Assembly (NCBI GenBank): GCA_965649765.1
Contig: OZ287751.1
Span: 8,680,001-8,744,000, forward strand
Length of the DNA: 64,000 bases
Direction of reading: 5' to 3'
From: Bispira polyomma
Taxonomy: Eukaryota
Made by a program: the position numbers and the translations under genes. How positions within the stretch are numbered: the stretch's first letter is position 1; each line of letters starts with the position of its first letter. The notes beneath the pieces are model-generated. The model worked only from the letters and a program-made list of their open reading frames with translations, had not been told where the DNA came from and did not search any database. Shown one piece after another: positions 13,363 through 22,270 of the stretch.

Positions 13363-13374
13363 GTGATGCTGGTC
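13332..13374 (+). promoter_or_regulatory. candidate programmed -1 ribosomal frameshift signal
   Basis: Slippery heptamer A_AAA_AAC (13332-13338) in gag codon phase, a 7-nt spacer, then stem GGCCAGCA (13346-13353) / TGCTGGTC (13367-13374) with an inner ACC/GGT stem. The -1 frame is open into ORF 13425-14201. Confidence 0.7.
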
Positions 13375-14201
13375 ATAATAGTAAAGTAGACAAGGTTCAT
13401 ACCAGACTTCTTACAAAACAAGAAGTGAATGTAAATAATGTACAGGGCTGTGTGCAAGATAGTAGTTATAGAGCTCACAGTAGTAGATGTGTATATAGTA
13501 GTGTGATTTCAGGGGCAGATCAGTTGTATAGTAGTAGTGTATTGGGAGAATGGAAAAATTACTACAATGAATGGAGCAAACGCTCATATGCCAAAGTATT
13601 GGTAGAAGGCAAAAAGGGGGAGTGTAAAAAACAACAAACCCAAAAGGCTAGTACTGAGAAAAAATCAAAACATTCTGTAGTAAAACCAACCACCCACTGT
13701 AAGCCAGCACTAACAAAGTCACTCAGGCATGTTGGTACAAGCAAACCTGAAAAGGCTTGCAAAAATAACAACAAGTGTAAAACAGCAAAAACACACCCAA
13801 GAATGACACATAGTGAATTCATTACAGAAACACACAATCGTTTCACACCACTATGTCAAACGGGAACAAAGGATAGTTCCCAGGTCGACCTCAGTAAAGA
13901 AATAGAACAAAAGCCCAAAATAGTTGTTCAATTAGGTTCTAAACAGGACGTGGGGGCAGTGAACAAAAACAATATTGACAAGGTCACGGGTCCATGCATA
14001 CCAGCGAGTATAATTGTCAGTACACAAAACAATACCGACGTAACTGACATTAGCAAAGTGATTTCCACAGTACAAAACTATAACAAAACCTTTGGAAATA
14101 AATATTCAGATGCTGTGTGTAGCACGGCAAATACCAGGAATATAAGACAAACAGGGACTGAGAATATAAAAGCCCACCTGTTACAAGGCAAACACACGTA
14201 A
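13332..14201 (+). CDS. DIRS pol N-terminal extension (low-complexity, K/S/T/N-rich)
   Basis: Frame is open from the slippery site to the TAA at 14199-14201, with no ATG near its start (the track starts it at GTG 13425). Contains RSYAKVL and THNRFTPL motifs. Overlaps the RT frame at 14162-14198. Confidence 0.6.
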   Translation, partial: KKRRWASNHVGDAGHNSKVDKVHTRLLTKQEVNVNNVQGCVQDSSYRAHSSRCVYSSVISGADQLYSSSVLGEWKNYYNEWSKRSYAKVLVEGKKGECKKQQTQKASTEKKSKHSVVKPTTHCKPALTKSLRHVGTSKPEKACKNNNKCKTAKTHPRMTHSEFITETHNRFTPLCQTGTKDSSQVDLSKEIEQKPKIVVQLGSKQDVGAVNKNNIDKVTGPCIPASIIVSTQNNTDVTDISKVISTVQNYNKTFGNKYSDAVCSTANTRNIRQTGTENIKAHLLQGKHT

Positions 14202-16027
14202 GTGAGGACAAATATGAACTTGAATTTGTAGGCAACAGTAGTAAAAACATTGGGGAAATACAGTGCGAGTCGCAGTTACACAAACAATGTATGGCTCAGA
14301 ACACACAAGGGTTTGGGTTCATTCCATTAACCGACTTCCGGGTGGACATGGGCAAGGAAGGCGACACAAATGAGCATATAACAGATCCCATACTATTACA
14401 TAAAGCGGTTGCAAAAACTGGTAAATTCAATTTCCAACAAGCTCGTATTCCGGTACATTCGCAGTTAAATGTTGAATGCTGGGAAAAACACCTGGCTGAT
14501 TACTGGGACACACAGCTTGTGCAATTCATAAAATATGGGTTTCCCCTCCACTTTGACCGAAATATAAAACTCGAGTGTGACTATAGCAACCATAATTCAG
14601 CAACGCAGTATCCAAGTCATGTGGATACTTACTTAAGTGAAGAAACAAGCTTTAAAGCGATTGAGGGACCATATGAGGCAAAACCAACCGAAACCTTACA
14701 TTGTTCCCCCTTTATGACCAGGGAAAAGCCCAACTCGGCAAATCGCAGGGTAATAGTGGATATGAGTTGGCCAGATGGGGCCAGTGTTAATGCAGGGGTA
14801 CAAAAAGAATCTTATTTGGGTACGAAATTGGTATTAACATTTCCATCAATAGATACAATAGTAGACCAAGTAAAATCCTATGGTAACGGCTCTCATATAT
14901 ACAAAATTGATATTTCGCGCACATTTCGCCATATAAAAATTGACCCCAAAGATTATGACCTATTAGGATCATACTGGAAAGGCTTCTATGTCAACACTTG
15001 TCTACCCTTTGGCTTCCGACATGGAAGCCAAGTATTTCAAAGATTAAGTGACGGGGTAAGATATGTAATGCACAAGAACAAACACAAAATGGTGAACTAT
15101 ATAGATGATCTAATAGGTTGCTGGGTTCCTAGCAAAGCAAAACTAGCATGTAAATTCCTGTATGACCTGCTCCAGGACCTAGGTCTTACCATCAGTGACA
15201 AGAAGCTGGTACCACCCAGCACTCAATGTGTATGTTTAGGTATAGTTATTGACTCAATAAATGGCACCATGTCAATACCACAAGAAAAGTTAGAAACAAT
15301 ACTCACAACAGTCGGTGAATGGGAAGGATTTAAGTACACCACAAAAAGGAAACTACAATCACTTCTGGGTTCACTTTTGTACATTGCAAAGTGCTGTAAA
15401 CCAGCTCGAATCTTCCTTAATAGGATGCTGGCCACACTCAGAGCAGCTGACAACCCAAAACGTATCATCCTAGACTCAGAATTCTGTAGGGACCTAAATT
15501 GGTTTAAGTGTTCCTTGGCCAAATACAATGGAGTAACATTCTTTGATTACAAACCCACTAGTGCCACAATAGAGCTAGATGCTTGTTTGACGGGGGTAGG
15601 CGCATGCCATGGTAACTTGATATATGCCATAAAAATTCCACAACAGCTTCAAGGCATAGGCATAGCCAACCTAGAAATGGTAAACATTGTAGTTGCTCTC
15701 AAGATGTGGGGGGGGGGGGGAGGTTATTGGAAAAATAGCAAAGTTGTCATTAAATGTGATAACAGTGCTGTGGTATCAGTCTTAAACACAGGTAGAACAA
15801 ATGACAAATATTTGGCAGCATGTGCCAGAAATGTATTCCAATACACAGCAGAACATAATATTGAACTCAAGGTCGTGCACATTCGTGGGGTTCACAATGT
15901 AGTAGCTGACACATTATCCAGATGGAGTGGTACCAGGGCTCAGGTATATATTCTAAACAAATTTCTGGATGATCCAGTATGGTGCTACCCGGAACCAAGA
16001 ATATTTGACCTAGATTGGTCTATATGA
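14162..16027 (+). CDS. pol: DIRS reverse transcriptase / RNase H
   Basis: Motifs RRVIVDMS, KIDISRTFRH, LPFG, YIDD, LGIVID; RNase H DACLTG, LEMVN, CDNSAVV, NVVADTLSR. The frame opens at 14162 (DKYELEF...FGFIPL), upstream of the first ATG at 14291. Confidence 0.92.
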   Translation, partial: EYKSPPVTRQTHVSEDKYELEFVGNSSKNIGEIQCESQLHKQCMAQNTQGFGFIPLTDFRVDMGKEGDTNEHITDPILLHKAVAKTGKFNFQQARIPVHSQLNVECWEKHLADYWDTQLVQFIKYGFPLHFDRNIKLECDYSNHNSATQYPSHVDTYLSEETSFKAIEGPYEAKPTETLHCSPFMTREKPNSANRRVIVDMSWPDGASVNAGVQKESYLGTKLVLTFPSIDTIVDQVKSYGNGSHIYKIDISRTFRHIKIDPKDYDLLGSYWKGFYVNTCLPFGFRHGSQVFQRLSDGVRYVMHKNKHKMVNYIDDLIGCWVPSKAKLACKFLYDLLQDLGLTISDKKLVPPSTQCVCLGIVIDSINGTMSIPQEKLETILTTVGEWEGFKYTTKRKLQSLLGSLLYIAKCCKPARIFLNRMLATLRAADNPKRIILDSEFCRDLNWFKCSLAKYNGVTFFDYKPTSATIELDACLTGVGACHGNLIYAIKIPQQLQGIGIANLEMVNIVVALKMWGGGGGYWKNSKVVIKCDNSAVVSVLNTGRTNDKYLAACARNVFQYTAEHNIELKVVHIRGVHNVVADTLSRWSGTRAQVYILNKFLDDPVWCYPEPRIFDLDWSI

Positions 16028-16054
16028 GTACTTAATGAATGTATTAAATTGTAG

Positions 16055-16551
16055 GTAGCAGTGCTCTCCTCAGGACTCTCACAACTGGGGCCATGGGCAG
16101 ACTGGCCTCATCTTTTTGACCCTCAACTCAGAGGGCCTATGTATATATGTTCAGGGTATATGTTGGTTTCTGCTGCAAGGTTCCTGCACTTGGCACTTCA
16201 CCACTATGTCCAGTAAGGGCTGTCAAAAACCTCCTGGCTCTGATACCAGGTTCCAGTAATGATCAATTGTTCAAGGTTAAAGCAAAAGGGGTGTGGGTTC
16301 CATTGAATGATGCAGCTCTCAGACGAAACCTGCACAAAGTAGTCACAGCACTGGGGCTAGATCCCAGTAAGTACCCATTCCACACCTTCCGGCGTTCAGG
16401 TACTACCCTCACATTCAATTCAAATGTATCCATTCAATAGATTAAAAAACATGGTACCTGGACGTCGGACTGCGTGTGGAATTACATCTTGGATACCAAA
16501 GATTCTGCCACCCAAGTAGCCCACACCTTCCAAGCATTACTTTCTACCTAA
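16055..16551 (+). pseudogene. DIRS tyrosine recombinase, internally deleted with in-frame stops
   Basis: N-terminal RLASSF*PSTQRAY..MFRVYVGFC is joined directly to C-terminal LCPVRAV...HTFRRSG...Q*IKKHGTWTSDCVWNY (HxxR, H and Y catalytic motifs). The first catalytic Arg region is missing. Stops at ~16117 and 16438; natural stop at 16549-16551. Confidence 0.88.
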
Positions 16552-19500
16552 AACTCCACTACTATCTATTTGGTTGTTTGGTGCTTAATTACCTGTATCT
16601 TTAGATAAATTGTTATAAATATGTGCAGTAAATTAATTATACAATACCTGAAATAGTTAAAAATGTAACATTATACATGGTTTACATACATACGTTTTAG
16701 TATAGTGCAATACACTCACATAGTATAACAGCATACGTTAATACAATAACAGATGTACATGCTAGTAATAAGTAACACAGTAATAACGTTAGTATAATGG
16801 ATTAGGGTAGCATAAGAGCTTCCATTGATAATATAATAGATATCTCTTAATACAGTAATTAAATATTGGCATCAGGTTCAATACTCGAATTTAAACCTTT
16901 TCAAATTCCATATTCAAATCACTACTGACACGGTTCAAATTATAATCACAAATAAGACAACCTTAAAATACTTAAGGTCACCTTACCTCAAAGGTAATAA
17001 GAAATACACTTAGGTTACCTTACCTTAAACCACAACTTAGGGTTAAGGTCACCTTAACTTTGTACATAAGCACACTTAAGCTGGAGTTGTAAATATATGG
17101 TAGAAGTAGTTTTTAATAAAATATTTACCCGCAAGTATCAGCTTTGCTATTCCCTGAAACCCAGAGGTCAATCAAGGTCAGAGACAGAGACTGTCCCTCG
17201 CTAGTGACCACTTAAGCTTAAGAGAAAGTTAATCCAGGGAGCCTCTGATCACCAGACAAAGTTTCTAGATTCTATAACCACCAAACCATAGGAGACCATC
17301 AAATCGTGGTGGTAAAGAAGAAATATGACCTGCCGGTCAAACTTCTATTTGCACAAAATAAAACAAACTGCCCATCAGAGTAAATAAAGCTTGACTTTTA
17401 TAGTGACAATAAGGTCTTCAGAAAACTCTGTCATTTCTCTTTCAGAGGCTGGTGTCCGTAAAGAAGTTTGTGAATTAGAAGTGTCCCTCTGGTTGTTGAA
17501 AAAGGTATGTAACATACTTCATGAGTTTATTGTTAATGTCTTTGTTTTTTCCCCACTTATATCTACCCTTAGACCAAATAATCTGTCCCATTTGGCGAGA
17601 TTCCTTGTTGTTATTTTGATGATAGACTCACGAAAAGGGACAGAATCTCACTCAACATACCCCTTATATTTTCACTATGGTATTGTGTCAATCTGGTTGG
17701 GAATGGTATGTAACATATTTCATAAATTGATTATTAATGCCTTTTTTTTTGTTTTAATCTATCCCATCTATATTTTTACCACTGTAATAATTAATATGTT
17801 TACCAGTGTATTTGTGTCACCATTGTTTTGTATCACTCTGTTTGAAAAGGCTGTGTCACATATTTCATGAATTTATGGTTGTTTTATGGGGTTTTTTTTG
17901 GTCATAAATTTATGATTAAAGTCAGCATGTTTAAATTTTTGGCTCATTTTTTAATTTTGGGCTTATGTCTGCCACCTGTATATTCACCACTGTATTTCAA
18001 ATGTAACACATATGCTTATCTGTACACCAGATTGCTGGCAGTCTCTAACAAAAGGTTTATAAAGAATAAAATGTTCTTGAAATAGACTTTGAAGTGACTC
18101 TTGATCATTAATGATAGCAATACCTGCAATGAAGCCTTTTGAAGCAATAAGCTCTTTTATAGTATTTCCTTGGTAAAGATTAGTTCCACATGAAGTAGCT
18201 TTAATGCTGTACTCTGTAGCTACAATAAACAATGTCTAAAATCTTGACCATTAAGTACAATATTAAAAACTGTGTACAAAACAAGTAGAACTTGATGTTC
18301 AGTGGCTGTATTGTCAATACAATCTCAAGAATCTAATCTAATGATAGATAGATAAGTTATTTATTAAGCTGACAATATGCTATGACTAGGGAAATGACTA
18401 ATGCATGACAATATCCCCATCTCTAGGGAGAGGATAAGTGCATGAAACCTGACTGCACATTTGTATTCAGTATTAAAAGCTCTATTAAAATGAATACTCA
18501 CACAAATAGGTTATTACCAAATATACGAATTGCATATTACCTTTGCTCGATTTGGATCTGAGTTTGAGCTTCTTCACCGAATATTGGCCCAGTTCAAAAT
18601 CTTGCAGATTGAATCTTACAGCATGCTACTTTGCAACTAAAAGTTTGCAAATGTATGATGATTGATATATCTCAGTTAAGTATTTGCCAGTTGTAGTGGC
18701 TGTATGGTGCTTTATCTTATTTGGTGAAAATGGTACATAACTTAATGTATTTTGTTATTAAATCTTGCATTGTTGTACCCATTACAGGTGTCACTGTAAT
18801 ATAAAAACAACTTTTCGAATGATTGTGATAATAACCTTCCTAAATACCACTCATTCTGGGAAGAAAATTTAGAAACAGTAAATATGTGGAAACAAGTACA
18901 TGATGCCTGTTTTAGTACAGTAAAAAACCAATGATTTAAGCTGGCTTCCATATCAAATCCAATGACAAATGCTTATCTAGTGAAAGTAAAGATAGGTACT
19001 AATCCTGACTGTCTTTTCTGCAATAAATTTTAAGAAACATTTTTGCATCTCACTCATTGTTCATTGTGAAATAGTAAGTGCCTTTTGGTGCAAATTAAAA
19101 ATATAGCTTTGGCTGCAGTTAAAGGTAAAACTGAGTGTCAGTACTTCTTCCATTATTGTCGGATATATCTCACCTGACAGTTTATTTCATCGATATAATA
19201 ATTTTTTAACCTATGGAAAAAACCTTTCAATATGATAGTTATTTAAGCAGTATCAAAAAAAATGCTACATACTCCTTTTTGAGCATGGAATGATTCTAAT
19301 GTTATGAAAAACCTTAGTGACAGTCTACCAGTGAAGCTCCATCTTTTCATTTCACTGCTAAAGCCACAGAGTGGTAAAACCTAAGGTGTAGTTTGATCTT
19401 AGGACACATTGTTTACCCCCCCCCCTCCCCATCTTTCATGTGAGGGAATGGGGAGGCTGCTGAAGGGTTTGTGATAGTCAGGGAATATTGCATGTGAACA

Positions 19501-19770
19501 AGTTACAAAGTACTGAAGATGAAATATGATAATTACAGGACTAACCCCTACTTGTCCCCTCTTAGATCAGCCTCTTTTTAATCTACTAAATTGGTGGGGG
19601 GGGGGGGGGGTAAATTAACTGGCCACAAGGCATCCACCACTGTGTTTGCTGGATTAAGGGAGGCATCATGATACCTTAAACAAGCGATCCGTATTTTTAC
19701 TGAAAAATAAAATAAATAAAGAAAGAGCCTTTATTATCCACACATATTTTCTAAAATGAATACAATAGTA

Positions 19771-20506
19771 AAATTACCCGAGTGGTGTATATTAAAAAAT
19801 TATATGACGAAGGAAGATAACCAGTACATTACGAGCCCGGTAGGGCGAGTATTGTCTGTTTTTGAGTCATATATTTATTTAATACACACTACAAGGGTTG
19901 TTTTAAATTTATTATCCAATTATAAAATATAATTATTATGCTTATATAGTTCAAAATATAACACAAAACAGTCAGAAAATGCCCCAAAATATTAAAAATT
20001 CACAGCAAATTATATAATACAACCAGAAGGTACTGACTTGTCACCTGAACGAATAAGCTTCAAATACAAACTTATAGGGCACTAAAATCTAGTTTTAAAC
20101 AGTTTGGAATATTTAGTTTGCTATGACTATATTAAAACAACGAAAAAACTCTATATATAGTTTTGTTAACGTTTCAAAACCTTTCATTGTGACGTCACAA
20201 TGCAAATCTGAAAGCCAAGAAGTGCAGAGTTGTTACCATAAAGAATTAACTTTAAACATGCATTTATAAAGCACTCAAAATCGAGGTACCATTATGTTGT
20301 TTAAAGTCCATATTTTATGTTACTCACACTTTTTAGCAACTTTCTGTCTGAAATATTGCTTAAAATTGAGACTAAAACTTGGAAAAATCTGGTAAATACT
20401 ACATATACATATACACATTCACGGGGGCCAGGTGATACGGCTCATTGTATCACCCGCCCCCTATCGGCCAAGAAAACGTCATACTGACGTCACAATGGAT
20501 AATAAA
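19771..20506. mobile_element. Crypton-like non-autonomous element
   Basis: Terminal long hairpin (GTGGTGTATATTAAAAAATTATATGAC...GTCATATATTTATTTAATACACACTAC) around CGAGCCCGGTAGGGCGAG, plus inverted TTATTATCC (~19909) / GGATAATAA (20498-20506). Confidence 0.55.
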
Positions 20507-22046
20507 AGGTTGTTATTATAGCAGGAGATGTGTCTCAATGAAACAGAAGTAAATTACGAAGCTCATAGAAAGAATATACATGTTGTGGTAAATGAACTTA
20601 CCTGTCTGTTCATAGTATGATTATGTAGGTATAATTACTGGTTATTACAAATTTATAAATATACTCCTTTTGGAACTTGATTTCTATGTAGTGTCTGTAT
20701 TAAAATGTCAGTTTACCATTTTACTGTTACTAAAAATGTTGTCTGTGGTCTATTAGGAGAAAACAGGAAATGCCTATAGAACTAGAAACTCCCAGTAAGG
20801 GTTTAATATTAAGACTTTTCTCTCTCTCTGAAGTCCAACCCAGATCTGCAGACAAAGGCTATTGTTAAACCTTGTTGTGGCCTTAACAATTCCTCAGCTG
20901 GTACAATGTAACAGTTTTTTTAAAGAGTAAATGAACCACATATCGGTAAAGGGTTTCTCCTTTAAGTCTGGAAGCACATTTACTGGCAGCAGGGTTCATG
21001 TCGAAGAGGAAAAAAAATGAACACAAAATAGTAAATGAGCCATATTAAGACAGGGGGTTTTACCTTTACGTCCGGACATTACACTGGTTATTGTAGTGCA
21101 TGTGTTTAGGGCACTTGGGTGAATTAAAAAAGAGGGAAAGATAGTCTTAGGAAAAGGAAACTAGTAAGTAATATATTGGATAACAAAAGGCAAGTCTTCG
21201 TGATGCTACACACTTCAGCAACATTCTATACAGTTTGAAAAAAAGAGGGGAACCAATCAAAGGGCAGTGAAATGCCACAGGTCTGTTACCATCTGAAGCA
21301 CAGCCTGATACAGTAAACAGACAAAAAAATAAACCCATTTTTTTGAATGCCACTAAAAATTTTATTTAAAGATACCCTATTGGAAATACACTAATATGGG
21401 TATAAACTATCGGTTGTCTTTTAATTATGTTTATTTAGCCCTTTCGATAAAATTCTCAAGTAAAAATAATTGACTATACAAGGAAACTGGGTTTACTGTG
21501 GCACATTTTAAACTATTTAATCCAAAAGCCAGACAACATTTACCAGTTTTCACCATAAATAATTAAGCTTATGGTGTGTTAAAAGACGTCTTAAATATAG
21601 GCCACCAGACGAAAGAATAATACATTTTTCATAAGGCTCACCAGAATATTGTTTAACTTAAGGCTTTTTACGTTTTTTTTACACATCTTTAAACCCCCAA
21701 ACCTAACACAAAGCTTGGTTATTGCCGATGTTTCCACTTAAATGTTCTAGCAAATCTGACTTGGCCATGTTATGTCTCGTTCGATCAATCACTCAATCAC
21801 AGTCAGTGTAACATCTCAAAAATAAAGTTACTATCTCTTTGCCTTATTAAAGCACCTAAAAAACCTTCACTGGTTAAAAAGAGATACTATAATTGTACAA
21901 GATGCACAATGGATTATTAGTACTACCTCAGAGAAGGGATTTTTATAAGGCAAGGCCTGTGGACTTTTCAGTACCTTTTTTGAACATTTTTTTTGTTATA
22001 GATAACATGCTATAAATAATATATAGGTGTAGTAATTTTACATGGA

Positions 22047-22270
22047 CGAAGGGGTCTCGGTGGAGCATTGCTAACACAGTAGCCTCCAAACTCTATAGTC
22101 CCTGTTTGAATCTCAGTCAGGGCTTTAAGTAGGAAAGTTGGCAGTTGCATTTCCAGTGTACAATCTTGACCAACTGGTAAACAGTGGTTTCCGTCAGCAC
22201 TGAAACTGCCAGTCATGATATGACCTATACAATGTCTGGAAATCGCTGTTAAACCCAAAACAAATCAAAA
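22047..22270 (+). mobile_element. tRNA-derived SINE with TSD
   Basis: GGGGTCTCGGTGGAGCATTG head, GTTTGAATCTC B-box-like motif, CTTGACCAACTGG core and (CAAA) tail. TTTACATGGA on both sides (22037-22046 and 22271-22280). Confidence 0.75.

Larger units (their letters stand above)
11600..17300 (+). mobile_element. DIRS-order (tyrosine recombinase) retrotransposon, near full-length and partly decayed; boundaries uncertain
   Basis: Order gag-like, RT/RNase H, YR, with no protease or DDE integrase. Upstream ATTGG (CCAAT) boxes at ~11604 and ~11633 and TATATAAAA at ~11899. Terminal repeats not confidently located. Confidence 0.9.

Noticed and set aside
11287-16602. AAAGATACAGGT (11287-11298) / ACCTGTATCTTT (16591-16602) as DIRS inverted terminal repeats
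   Set aside because: Only 12 bp and the similarity does not extend. I could not find an internal complementary region or split direct repeats by eye, so the DIRS subgroup is left unassigned.
17391-17870. 159-aa hydrophobic plus-strand ORF as an env-like or extra DIRS gene
   Set aside because: TTG start, hydrophobicity explained by T-rich composition and an internal duplication, and no motifs.
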